Below are positions 40,920 through 50,961 of a stretch of DNA of 64,000 nucleotides, piece after piece. Where the stretch lies: assembly GCA_963785725.1 (NCBI GenBank), contig CAWAWS010000006.1, forward strand, positions 96,001 through 160,000. The letters are read 5' to 3'. Both the position numbers and the translations under genes were made by a program. This DNA is from an uncultured delta proteobacterium (GTDB lineage Bacteria; Myxococcota_A; Polyangia; Palsa-1104). Each line of letters begins with the position of its first letter. Position 1 is the first letter of the stretch. Below the pieces are notes generated by a model. It made no database searches. It was not told where the DNA came from and saw only the letters and a list, made by a program, of their open reading frames with translations.

Positions 40920-41007
40920 TCGGCGATCGGCGACGTCACCGGCGATTTTTCGCGCATTTGTGACGCTCACCGCGCAACTTTTCCCGCCGCGCTACGATAA
41001 GATCAGC

Positions 41008-42063
41008 ATGAACATGCAAAGCATCCGCGAGCGTCTCGAAGAGGACGAGCGACGTACGTTGTCGCCGTTCGCGCAGCTCTCGTCGCAGTCCAAAGGTCGC
41101 GCCAAGGAAGAAGCGCCCGACGGAATGCGGCCGGCTTATCAGCTCGATCGCGACCGCGTGATTCATTCGAAGGCGTTTCGGCGCCTGGCGGGCAAGACGC
41201 AGGTGTTCTTGGCGCCCGAGGGCGATCATTACCGCACGCGCATCACGCACACGCTGGAAGTGGCGCAGTTCGCGCGCTCGGTGACGAAGTTCCTCGGGCT
41301 CAACGAGATGCTGACCGAGGCCATCGTCATGGGTCACGACCTCGGGCACACGCCGTTCGGCCACGCGGGCGAGAAGGTGCTGGCGAAGCTGATGCCGGAC
41401 GGCTTTCACCACGTCAAGCAGTCGCTGCGCGTCGTCGACAAGCTGGAGCACGACGGCGCGGGGCTGAACCTGACGTCGGAAGTGCGCGACGGCATCCTCA
41501 AGCACTCCAAGGGCAAAGGCGCGATCTTCAGCGACAACCCGAACCTGACGGCGATGACGCTCGAAGGACAGATCGTGCGCATCGCCGACATCGCGGCCTA
41601 CGTCAACCACGACTACGACGACGCGGCACGCGGCGGGCTCGTCAGCGACAGCGACTTGCCCGAGGTCGTGGCCAAGGAGCTCGGCCGCACGCACGGCGCG
41701 CGCATCCACACGCTGGTCTCGGACATCGTCGAGAGCTCGAAGCTGGAAGAGAAGCGCATGATTCGCATGTCGGAGCCGCGGCTGCAGGCGCTCTATCAGC
41801 TGCGCGACTTCTTGTACGAGCGCGTGTACGAGTCCAAAGGCGTGCGCGAAGAGTTCGCCAAGGCGCAGCGCATCCTGGAAGAGCTGTGGAACTATTTTCA
41901 CGAGCACAGCGACGAGTTCCGCGAGCGCCATTGGCTGAAGGCGACGCCGGAAGCGGACGGGCTCGACCGCGCCATCGGCGACTTCTTGTGCGGCATGACC
42001 GATCGCTACGCCATGCGGCTGTATCAGGAGAAGGTGCTGCCCAAGCCGTGGACGGTCTACTGA
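41008..42063 (+). CDS. dgt: deoxyguanosinetriphosphate triphosphohydrolase (dGTPase, HD family)
   Basis: DRDRVIHSKAFRRL..KTQVF, RTRITHTLEV, HDLGHTPFGHAGE, ADIAAY..HD and GMTDRYA motifs. Confidence 0.92.
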   Translation: MNMQSIRERLEEDERRTLSPFAQLSSQSKGRAKEEAPDGMRPAYQLDRDRVIHSKAFRRLAGKTQVFLAPEGDHYRTRITHTLEVAQFARSVTKFLGLNEMLTEAIVMGHDLGHTPFGHAGEKVLAKLMPDGFHHVKQSLRVVDKLEHDGAGLNLTSEVRDGILKHSKGKGAIFSDNPNLTAMTLEGQIVRIADIAAYVNHDYDDAARGGLVSDSDLPEVVAKELGRTHGARIHTLVSDIVESSKLEEKRMIRMSEPRLQALYQLRDFLYERVYESKGVREEFAKAQRILEELWNYFHEHSDEFRERHWLKATPEADGLDRAIGDFLCGMTDRYAMRLYQEKVLPKPWTVY

Positions 42064-42116
42064 GCGCGGCTTGCCCGACTGATGGCGCGCGCTAGCTTCT
42101 CCGACGAGGAGGCCAC

Positions 42117-42374
42117 ATGAAGCGCGAGGATGTCGATCGGCACACGGCCAACCCGTCGGGCGCGCCGGAAGCGGGCGGCGCGACGACGACCGGCTCGCGC
42201 TTCGGCGGTCGCTCGCTCGTGGCGCACGCGCTGCGGTTCCTGGCGCGCGTGGCGCGCGACCTCGAGGCGACGGCCTATCGCCGGCTGCGCGACATGGAAA
42301 TACAGGCCAAACGCCGGGGCGAAGGCGGCGAGCCGGGCGCGCCCAATCGCGTCCGCGAAGTCCGCATTCACTGA
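42117..42374 (+). CDS. hypothetical protein (85 aa)
   Basis: ATG with strong SD GAGGAGG; fills the intergenic gap; no recognisable motif. Confidence 0.55.
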   Translation: MKREDVDRHTANPSGAPEAGGATTTGSRFGGRSLVAHALRFLARVARDLEATAYRRLRDMEIQAKRRGEGGEPGAPNRVREVRIH

Positions 42375-42455
42375 CCTAAGCTCGTAGGGACAGTAAGCGT
42401 TCGCGGCGCACGGATCCGCTCGACCGATGCGGCGGTTCGACGGTAGGCTGCCGCC

Positions 42456-43163
42456 ATGCTCGACTTGACCGGCCGCCAGAAGCTCTACATGTACCTCTGC
42501 GGCATCTTCCTCACGGCGCTGCTCATCGGCGACACCATCGGCTCCAAGCTCTTCATCCTGCCCATCCCGCTCGGCTTCACGACGCTGCACGCGACGCTCT
42601 CGGTCGGCGTCATCTGGTTCCCGATCACGTTCCTCTTGACCGACGTCATCAACGAGTTCTACGGCTCGAAAGGCGCGCGCTTCGTCACTTATCTCGGCTT
42701 TTGGATGGCGCTCATCGCCTTCTTCATCATCTATTGCGCGCGCAAGATCCCGGCCGCCGACTTCTCGCCCGTGCCGCAAGCGGCGTTCGACAACGTGCTC
42801 GGCAACGCCAACACGATCTTCTTCGCGTCGCTGGTGGCCTATTTGGCGGGGCAGATCGTCGACATCTCGGTCTTTCAGCTGGCCAAGCGGCTCACACAGT
42901 CGCGGCACATCTGGCTGCGCTCGACCGGCTCGACGCTCATCTCGCAGCTCATCGACACGGTGCTCGTCACGATGATCGCGTTCTCGTCGAAGCTGACGGC
43001 GGCGCAGCTGCGCCACACGCTCATCTCGCAATACCTCGTGAAGGTGCTGTTCGCGGTCGCGCTGACGCCGATCATCTACGCGTTCCATGGCGTTCTGCAT
43101 CGCCGCCTGCACATGGAAGAGCACCCGGCCGACAGCGCGCGCGTGCACGAGCCGATGCTGTAG
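42456..43163 (+). CDS. queuosine precursor transporter (YhhQ/VUT family)
   Basis: FPITFLLTDVINEFYG..AR, ASLVAYLAGQIVDI and WLRSTGSTLISQLIDT motifs; multiple TM helices. Confidence 0.9.
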   Translation: MLDLTGRQKLYMYLCGIFLTALLIGDTIGSKLFILPIPLGFTTLHATLSVGVIWFPITFLLTDVINEFYGSKGARFVTYLGFWMALIAFFIIYCARKIPAADFSPVPQAAFDNVLGNANTIFFASLVAYLAGQIVDISVFQLAKRLTQSRHIWLRSTGSTLISQLIDTVLVTMIAFSSKLTAAQLRHTLISQYLVKVLFAVALTPIIYAFHGVLHRRLHMEEHPADSARVHEPML

Positions 43164-43222
43164 CTCGCCGGCGCCCGCGCGCTCGTCGCCGCACGCGCGT
43201 CGCTGAAGGGGCGAGCGAGCGG

Positions 43223-43534
43223 CTACTTGGCGGCGTACTTCGCGGGGTTCTTGGCGAACGTCGGCTGGCAGTCGGCGCAGCAGAAGGCGTAGCGCTTCTT
43301 GTCGTAGGTCACCTGGATGGTCGAGCCGGTGACCGTGAACTCCTCGCCGGTGACGGCGCACTTGGCCTTGGTGCCGGCGGCCAAGCGCGGCACGGTCGGG
43401 TCGTCGCCGACCACGGAAGCGGCGGCGGCGCCGGCGGCAGGCGCGGTCAGCGTGGCCGGCTGCGTCGCGGCCGACGACTTCTCACATGCACACAGAGGTA
43501 GGCCGAGCAGAATCGCGAGCGCGAGCTTCGTCAT
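43223..43534 (-). CDS. YHS/TRASH-domain lipoprotein
   Basis: Lipobox LCAC; CAVTGE..YDKKRYAFCCADC..F..NPAKY. Confidence 0.85.
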   Translation of the reverse strand: MTKLALAILLGLPLCACEKSSAATQPATLTAPAAGAAAASVVGDDPTVPRLAAGTKAKCAVTGEEFTVTGSTIQVTYDKKRYAFCCADCQPTFAKNPAKYAAK

Positions 43535-43665
43535 GCGGGCGAAGCGTAGCAGGCGCGCAGCCCCGCCTCAACCCGCATACCAAAGCGCCTCACGAGCCGC
43601 GTCGAATATCGCGAAACTCGATTGAATAAAACCGAAAACAAGCGGGTTTCGCGCGTTTGTAAAGC

Positions 43666-43681
43666 TGGCATCAGCGCTGCA
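43666..43681 (+). promoter_or_regulatory. putative sigma54 promoter
   Basis: TGGCATCAGCGCTGCA is GG-N10-GC with a TGGCA -24 box, upstream of the small-protein pair. Confidence 0.6.
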
Positions 43682-43737
43682 AATGCGTCCTCACGAAGCG
43701 CACGCAAGACGGCGCTCACAAACGATAAACCAGGAGA

Positions 43738-43992
43738 ATGAATATGAATCGCATGATGACTGCTCTCGCGCTTTCCGGTCTCTTCATCGCCGCGCCCGCG
43801 TTCGCCAAGACGGCGACGAAGCCGGTTGTCGCCGGCGCCAGTGACAAGGCGGTCGCCGGCTCCGACGCCAAGCCCGACGCGGCGCCCGCCGACGCGTCGG
43901 CGAAGCCGGCCAAGAAGACGAAGAAGAGCAAGAAGGCGACGACCGAGACGAAGACCGAGACGCCGGCTCCGTCGGACGCGCCGGCCAAGTAA
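43738..43992 (+). CDS. small secreted Lys/Ala/Thr-rich protein, paralogue 1
   Basis: SD AGGAG; signal peptide ending APAFA; KPAKKTKKSKKATTETKT. Confidence 0.8.
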   Translation: MNMNRMMTALALSGLFIAAPAFAKTATKPVVAGASDKAVAGSDAKPDAAPADASAKPAKKTKKSKKATTETKTETPAPSDAPAK

Positions 43993-44029
43993 CGAACGCC
44001 GTAAACGAAAACAACCGAGGAGAATGCCT

Positions 44030-44293
44030 ATGAACCGTATCGTGAGTGCTGTGATGTTGTCGGGTCTGCTCGTCGCTGCGCCGGCCTTCGCCAAGACCGT
44101 TGCGCACAAGAGCGTGGCGACGGCGGGCGACAAGGCCGCGGGTTCGACCGACGCCAAGAGCGACGTGAAGACGGACGCGGCGGCGCCGGCGGACGCGTCG
44201 GCCAAGCCGGTCAAGAAGACGAAGAAGAGCAAGAAGGCCACGACCGAGACGAAGACGGATGCGCCGGCGCCGGCGGACGCTCCCGCCAAGTAG
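44030..44293 (+). CDS. small secreted Lys/Ala/Thr-rich protein, paralogue 2
   Basis: SD GAGGAG; signal peptide ending APAFA; KPVKKTKKSKKATTETKT. ATG 44024 is an alternative start. Confidence 0.8.
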   Translation: MNRIVSAVMLSGLLVAAPAFAKTVAHKSVATAGDKAAGSTDAKSDVKTDAAAPADASAKPVKKTKKSKKATTETKTDAPAPADAPAK

Positions 44294-44315
44294 TCGGGGC
44301 GAAAGCAGCGAATGG

Positions 44316-44357
44316 GGCCGGGCGGCGCGCGACGAATTCGCGGCCGCCCGGTCTTTT
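44316..44357 (+). terminator. intrinsic terminator
   Basis: ggccgggcggc...gccgcccggtc stem followed by tttt. Confidence 0.7.
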
Positions 44358-44415
44358 GCGTACGTCGGAAGGGTCGGAAGCGAGCATTCGCGCGTGGCAG
44401 AAGGCGCGCGATGGG

Positions 44416-44560
44416 ATCTGCGTGCACGGACGGCTGACGACGTTGCGTCCAGCGACGGCAATCGACGTCGACCGTCTGGTCGCGTGGCACGCGGATTCGG
44501 AGGTCGCGCGCTATCGGGACAACGCGCGTTTCACGCGTGCAGAGTTGGATCGGCGGCCGT
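44416..44560 (+). pseudogene. N-terminal remnant of a RimJ/RimL-type GNAT acetyltransferase
   Basis: ICVHGRLTTLRPATAIDVDRLVAWHADSEVARY matches the LRP...D...L..W..D.EV.RY GNAT N-terminal pattern. The rest is missing; the frame runs into the convergent gene. Confidence 0.5.
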
Positions 44561-44908
44561 TCACGCCGCCGCGAGCAGCCGCCGCGACCACGCGCACTGT
44601 CGCGTCGACGGATCGAGGTCGACGATGATGCCGTGCGCGCCGACCTGACACACCACCGTGACGACTTCGATCTGCGCGTCCCCGACGATCCGCGTCGCCG
44701 TCGCGCGCGCGCCCACGCCGAGCGTGGCGATGGCGCGCTCCGCTTTGTCCTCCGACGTGAACGCGAGCAGGTAATTCGAGCCCCAGGCTTCGGCCTGCAG
44801 GTACGTCAGCTCGTCGTACATCCCGGGTTGCCGCGTCTGAATGAGCCAGAGGCGCGCGGCCAGCGAGAAGCCGTCGAAAGCGGATACGGAGTTCGGTTGA
44901 AGTTCCAC
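44561..44908 (-). CDS. hypothetical protein
   Basis: Protein-like composition (LLAFTSEDKAE..GIIVDLDP); start uncertain (GTG 44908 or TTG 44920). Confidence 0.6.
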   Translation of the reverse strand: MELQPNSVSAFDGFSLAARLWLIQTRQPGMYDELTYLQAEAWGSNYLLAFTSEDKAERAIATLGVGARATATRIVGDAQIEVVTVVCQVGAHGIIVDLDPSTRQCAWSRRLLAAA

Positions 44909-45018
44909 GAGCAATAGCAATGCAAGAGCAACGCCCGGCTCGTCGGTCGGAACGCTCGCTCGTTGCTGGCTATGTCGAATTGTGACGAAAGGGGCCGCAG
45001 CCCGGAGTCATGCTGGTG

Positions 45019-45573
45019 CTAGTAGTCGTCGTTGCCGTCCCAGCGCCACTTGCCGCGCTCGCGGTCTTCCTCTTTGGGACGACCTTCGCCCGGACGCTTC
45101 TTGGCGTCGGCGCGCTTTTCGGGACGAGCCGCGCGGCGGCGTCCCTCTTCCTTGTCGACCGTCGCCGACGCGACCGGATAGCGCGGACCACCGCGGAAGC
45201 CGCCCGGCGCGCCACCGAAGCCGCCCGGACGCGGACCACCCGGGCCACGCGGCGGACCGCTGCCCGGCGGACCGCCGAAGCCACCCGGACGCGGACGCGG
45301 CGCCGGCCGCGGGTCGCCCGGCTTACGCTCCTGCGCCTTCTCGACGAAGACGTTGCGTCCCGAGAGCATCACGCCGTTCCACTGTTTGATCGCCGAGTCG
45401 GCGTCAGCATCAGTCGCGACTTCGATGAACGCGAAGCCACGCGGCCGCTGCGTCTCCCGATCGAGCGCGATGCGAACGCTCTGAACCGTTCGCCCTTCCT
45501 GACTGAATGCCTCGCGAAGCTCCAGCTCCGTGATCGCGTACGACAGATTCCCCACGAACAACTTGGTACCCAC
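45019..45573 (-). CDS. RRM-domain RNA-binding protein with Gly/Pro/Arg-rich tail
   Basis: RNP2 KLFVGNL and RNP1 RGFAFIE; SD AAGGAG before the GTG. Confidence 0.92.
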   Translation of the reverse strand: MGTKLFVGNLSYAITELELREAFSQEGRTVQSVRIALDRETQRPRGFAFIEVATDADADSAIKQWNGVMLSGRNVFVEKAQERKPGDPRPAPRPRPGGFGGPPGSGPPRGPGGPRPGGFGGAPGGFRGGPRYPVASATVDKEEGRRRAARPEKRADAKKRPGEGRPKEEDRERGKWRWDGNDDY

Positions 45574-45774
45574 GGTCCGATCGCGCTCCTTTTTTGCTGC
45601 TACCGTTCCAATGATCACAACGCGTGACCAATGTTCCCACAGTAAGGGCTCGCGCAAACAGTAGCAAGCGCGAAACAGCACAATTCACTACTGAATAAGT
45701 CTAAGCTGGAACTCGTATCATGTACAGGGAACGCAGGCGTCCACCGTCCGATGCGCTGCGTTAGGAGCACACTC

Positions 45775-47166
45775 ATGAGCCGCTCGTTGTCGACGATCCT
45801 GGTCAGCGTCTTCGGCCTCGTCGCTGCGCCTGCGTGGGCCCAGCAGCCGATGGCGCCGCAGTCGCCGCAGCCGATCGTCCCGCAGCCACAACAATACGCC
45901 CAGCCGACGAGCCCGCAACCGTCGGTGCAGCCGATTCCGCCCTACGATGTCCCGCAATACAGCCCGCCGCCGTCTCAGCTGCAGCCGGGCGAGTACGGCG
46001 ACGATGACGAGGAAGAGGAAGGCTACGACGTCACCTACGACGTCATGCAGCCGGACGCGCAGCAGCAGGATTACGACGACGGTTACGATCCCGAGGCCTA
46101 CCAGCAGTTCGAGTCGCAGCTGTCGCCCTACGGCACGTGGGAAGACAGCGGCACCTACGGTCGCGTTTGGGTGCCGTCGCCGGGTGTCGTCGGCGGCGAC
46201 TTCCAGCCCTACGACACCGACGGTTACTTCGCCAACACCGACTACGGCTGGACCTGGGTCAGCAACTACAACTGGGGCTGGGCGCCGTTTCATTACGGTC
46301 GCTGGATGGTCTTGAGCGGTCGCGGCTGGTGTTGGATGCCGGGCACGCAGTGGGGCCCGGCGTGGGTCAACTGGCGCTTCGGCGGCGGCTATGCCGGCTG
46401 GTCGCCGATGGCGCCGCGCGGAGTCAGCATCGGCGCGCCGCGCGGCACGCGGGGGCCGTGGCGCTTCACGACGGCGGGGCAGCTGGGCGCGGTGCATCCG
46501 GCGTATCTCCCGTCGCGCGTGATGCCGTCGGTGTGGGGACGCACGCAGGCGATCAACAACGTGTCCAACGTGCGCGTCGGCGGCGTCGGCGTGCGCATCA
46601 ACGCCGGGCCGTCGCCGGCGATGGTGGCGTCGGCGACGGGCCGCGTGGTCGCGCCGGTGCCGCTGCACACGCTGGCGCCGATGGCGCTGCCGCGCGCGAC
46701 GGTCGTCGCGCACGCGGGCACGCCGATGGCGTCGCGGCCGTGGATGCAGTCGCGGCCGATCGGCGGCAGCTTCGCGCGGCCGGCGAACAACGCGCGCTGG
46801 CTGGGCGCGGCGAGCGCGTCGCACGCGATGCCGACGATGGGCAGCAACTATCGTGGCTACACGCCGCAGCCGGCCTATCGCGCGCCGATGCAGCAGCCGT
46901 ATCGCGGCACGCCCATGCAGCCGGTGCGCTATTCGCAGCCGGTGTATCGCGCGCCGATGCCCGCGCAGCAGTATCACTACGCGCAGCCGGTCTATCGCTC
47001 GACGTACAGCGCGCCGTCGTTCCACGTGAGCGCGCCGACGTACAACGCGCCCAGCGCCCCCACGTACAGCGCGCCCGCGCCCGTTTCGCACGGCGGCTTC
47101 AGCGGCGGCGTGTCGGGCGGCGGCTTTCACGGCGGCGGCGGCGGTCACTCGGGCGGGCATCGCTGA
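45775..47166 (+). CDS. secreted Trp/Pro-rich protein (DUF6600-like)
   Basis: Signal peptide; F...LSPYGTW..YGRVWVP, YGWTWVS..WGWAPFHYGRW..WCWMPG..WGPAWV. Confidence 0.85.
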   Translation: MSRSLSTILVSVFGLVAAPAWAQQPMAPQSPQPIVPQPQQYAQPTSPQPSVQPIPPYDVPQYSPPPSQLQPGEYGDDDEEEEGYDVTYDVMQPDAQQQDYDDGYDPEAYQQFESQLSPYGTWEDSGTYGRVWVPSPGVVGGDFQPYDTDGYFANTDYGWTWVSNYNWGWAPFHYGRWMVLSGRGWCWMPGTQWGPAWVNWRFGGGYAGWSPMAPRGVSIGAPRGTRGPWRFTTAGQLGAVHPAYLPSRVMPSVWGRTQAINNVSNVRVGGVGVRINAGPSPAMVASATGRVVAPVPLHTLAPMALPRATVVAHAGTPMASRPWMQSRPIGGSFARPANNARWLGAASASHAMPTMGSNYRGYTPQPAYRAPMQQPYRGTPMQPVRYSQPVYRAPMPAQQYHYAQPVYRSTYSAPSFHVSAPTYNAPSAPTYSAPAPVSHGGFSGGVSGGGFHGGGGGHSGGHR

Positions 47167-47295
47167 CACACCGCGCGTCCGTTCGTCCTTCTTTGCGCCG
47201 CTAAGGCCACGGCCGGAGCGGCTCGGTCATTCGAGCGAGCGTTCGTCCGCGGAGCAACGGTTGCAGCCATCCGTCCGCGACCCCACAACCCAACT

Positions 47296-48771
<1,476 letters not shown>

Positions 48772-48855
48772 AACCGCTTTGCCTACTTTGGGCGTCACAC
48801 ACGTGTTTTCGCCGCTCGTCCCGCCCGATCCGCGACGCCGCCGCCGAAAGTAAGT

Positions 48856-48871
48856 TGGCCCGCGATTAGCA
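48856..48871 (+). promoter_or_regulatory. putative sigma54 promoter
   Basis: TGGCCCGCGATTAGCA (GG-N10-GC), just upstream of AGGAGG and ATG 48900. Confidence 0.55.
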
Positions 48872-48899
48872 ATGTGTCGGCGCAGGAGGCGGGGACAAC

Positions 48900-49067
48900 A
48901 TGAAAAACTTCGAGCCCGGTACGATCATTCAGCATTACGGCGTCTATCGCTGCTCCTGCGGCGATCACGAGTTCTTCGGCGTTTCAGGTCGTCTCTTTCC
49001 GCGCGTCCACTGCCCGTCGGGAAATTGGGAGATGAAGCATCGTTCGCGCGAGGAGAAGTTCTTTTAG
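48900..49067 (+). CDS. 55-aa zinc-ribbon-like small protein (YjzC-like pattern), not in the ORF track
   Basis: MKNFEPGTIIQHYGVYRCSCGDHEFFGVSGRLFPRVHCPSGNWEMKHRSREEKFF*; SD-like AGGAGG/GGGGA upstream; stop 2 nt before the next ATG. Confidence 0.7.
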   Translation: MKNFEPGTIIQHYGVYRCSCGDHEFFGVSGRLFPRVHCPSGNWEMKHRSREEKFF

Positions 49068-49069
49068 TC

Positions 49070-50206
49070 ATGACGACGCTGCGACGATTGGCGATCACGC
49101 TGTCGGGCGCGGGCGACGGCGCGGCCTTGGACGCGGCGTTGGCGTTGGCCGAGCGCGCGCCGGTGTCGTTGGCGCTCGATTGCGAGACGCTGATGGCGGT
49201 GGCGCGCACGCAGCCCGAGCGACTGGCGGCCTTGCGCGCGGCGTTCGAGTCGGGGCAGCTCCGGCCGCTCTTGACGACGGCGCACCGCGCGTCACCGGCG
49301 CTGCTCGACGCGGCCGAGCTGGCCGACGAGCTGCGCCTCGACGAGGAGCTCGTGCAGTCGCTCTTCGGCGTGACGCTGTCGCCGCGCGGCTTCGCCGGCG
49401 TCGCGGACGTCGCCGCGCTGGAGCAAGCGGGCGTCGACTATGTCCTCGCCAACCCCGATGTCGAGCCGCAGCGCGTGGGCGAGCGGCTGATCGCGCTGCC
49501 GGCCTTGCGTTGGTCCTTGTCGACGTTGGATTTGGTGGTGGCGCTGGAGACGATCGATCGGCTGCGCGCCGAAGGGTTCACGCTCGTCGGCGCCGACGAG
49601 CTGGCGGCGTCGTTGACGGCGCCGTGGCTTCCGCGCGGCGCGGCCGAGACCGAGGCGGTGCCGGCGAGCTTGCGCGCGCTGGCGGCGCTCACCGGCTGGT
49701 GCTTGGACGCGTTCGGGCTGCCGCGCGTACCGGGCGTGGCGGCGGCGTCGCTGGCCGAAGAAGGCTGGCGGCTCGAGCGCTTCTCGGCGCGGGCGCGGCT
49801 GCCGTTGACGCGTCGGCGCGGCTTGGCGGCCGAGCGGCGCGCGTTCGTGGCGGCCTATGAAGTGTGCGACGTGCTCGCCGTCGAGACGCGCGTGCCGGGA
49901 ACGCGGATTCACGCGGCTGGCGCGCTCGACGCCGGCGTGATGCCGCTCATGACGGCGCTCGCGGACGAGCATGGCGCAGGCGATCCGATGGCGCGGGCGG
50001 GCGCGGCGTACGACGAGCTGGTCGCGTTCGGCTTCTTGGGGGCGACGCGCTGGCGGGCGCTCTTGTCGGGGCTGCGGGATGCGTTCGCGCTGCTGGCGTC
50101 GCGGCGTGCGGTCGACTGGTCGGTCGTGGCGGAGGCGGAGGCGGACGTCGAGCAGTGGACGCAGCCGCTGTATGCGAGCGAGACGAGCGGCTCGGCCGTG
50201 AATTAG
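49070..50206 (+). CDS. hypothetical protein resembling a degenerate GH57/deacetylase-type barrel
   Basis: PVSLALDCETL..P..LAALR..SGQL..LTTAHR..ALL..LFG..PRGF..LEQAGVDY parallels the GH57 N-domain layout, but the usual HxHQP and catalytic xxPE motifs are not seen. Confidence 0.55.
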   Translation: MTTLRRLAITLSGAGDGAALDAALALAERAPVSLALDCETLMAVARTQPERLAALRAAFESGQLRPLLTTAHRASPALLDAAELADELRLDEELVQSLFGVTLSPRGFAGVADVAALEQAGVDYVLANPDVEPQRVGERLIALPALRWSLSTLDLVVALETIDRLRAEGFTLVGADELAASLTAPWLPRGAAETEAVPASLRALAALTGWCLDAFGLPRVPGVAAASLAEEGWRLERFSARARLPLTRRRGLAAERRAFVAAYEVCDVLAVETRVPGTRIHAAGALDAGVMPLMTALADEHGAGDPMARAGAAYDELVAFGFLGATRWRALLSGLRDAFALLASRRAVDWSVVAEAEADVEQWTQPLYASETSGSAVN

Positions 50207-50307
50207 CGCGCGGCGGCTGCCGCGGCGAGCGGCGGAATGCGCGACTGGCGCGGCGGGCGGCGGATGACGCGGCTGGCCGCGCGGTCGGATGAGCGGTTTA
50301 CGGCTTG

Positions 50308-50384
50308 GCTGCGGCGCGCGGGATTCCGGTGGAATCGCGCGCCGCAGCTCCGTCGTGCCGGCCATCGGTGGATCGCGCACGACG
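50308..50384. terminator. two GC-rich hairpins between convergent genes
   Basis: gctgcggcgcgcg..gattcc-ggt-ggaatc-gcgcgccgcagc (50308-50348) and cgtcgtgc...gcacgacg (50351-50384). Confidence 0.5.
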
Positions 50385-50486
50385 ATCGCGAGGCTTATCG
50401 CGGGCTCGGTCTCGCAGCGCCGACGTTCGCCCCCAAGCGCAACGCTTACGGCGAGCACACGTTCGCGCGTCGCAGCTCCGGACGCG

Positions 50487-50951
50487 TCAGCGGGCGAACG
50501 ACATCTGCAGTATGCGATCCATCGCCGCGTGATACGGGAATCCGCCGGCGCGATGCCGTTCGGCGCCGGCGGCGGCGCGGTAGTAGAGCGCCAGCGCCCG
50601 CGCGTGATCTTGGTCGCGCAGGCGTTCCGCGAGCTCGAACTCGACGGGCTCGACGGCGCCCGGGACGTCGTGCTCGACGGCGCGCTCGAGGCGTCGGCGC
50701 GCGCCCTCGGCGTCGCCGAGCGCGTCGCAGGCGTGGGCGGCGCCGACGAGCGCGTCGAGCCGGTCGGCGTCGGTCGCGTCCTTGCGCGCGGCGGCGGCGT
50801 CATAGCGGCGCAAGGCGTCGCCGGCGCGGCCCGCCTGCGCGGCACCGGCGGCGCGCGCGATCGCTTGGCGCGGCGTGCCGGCGCAGCCCGTCGCGGCGAC
50901 GGCGAGCGCGCCCAGCAGCAGCACTGTCGGAGCGGTGCGCGCGCGTGGCAT
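50487..50951 (-). CDS. helical-repeat (TPR-like) lipoprotein
   Basis: Signal VLLLGALAVAATGC; Ala-rich helical repeats. Confidence 0.65.
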   Translation of the reverse strand: MPRARTAPTVLLLGALAVAATGCAGTPRQAIARAAGAAQAGRAGDALRRYDAAAARKDATDADRLDALVGAAHACDALGDAEGARRRLERAVEHDVPGAVEPVEFELAERLRDQDHARALALYYRAAAGAERHRAGGFPYHAAMDRILQMSFAR

Positions 50952-50961
50952 ATTCGTTAGC

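Noticed and set aside
38703..40970. Long antisense or alternate-frame ORFs (e.g. 755 aa opposite rnr; also 40..1602, 7734..9998, 35537..37078)
   Set aside because: Shadow ORFs expected from high GC3. They are Arg/Ala-rich, lack motifs and overlap well-supported genes; 7734..9998 contains only the true alkD N-terminus.
41008..42063. dGTPase as an anti-phage defence gene
   Set aside because: Compact housekeeping-type sequence next to rnr with genome-typical composition; no defence-island context.
42375..42455. preQ1 riboswitch upstream of the queuosine-precursor transporter
   Set aside because: No A-rich 3' tail or recognisable preQ1 stem; the gene appears leaderless.
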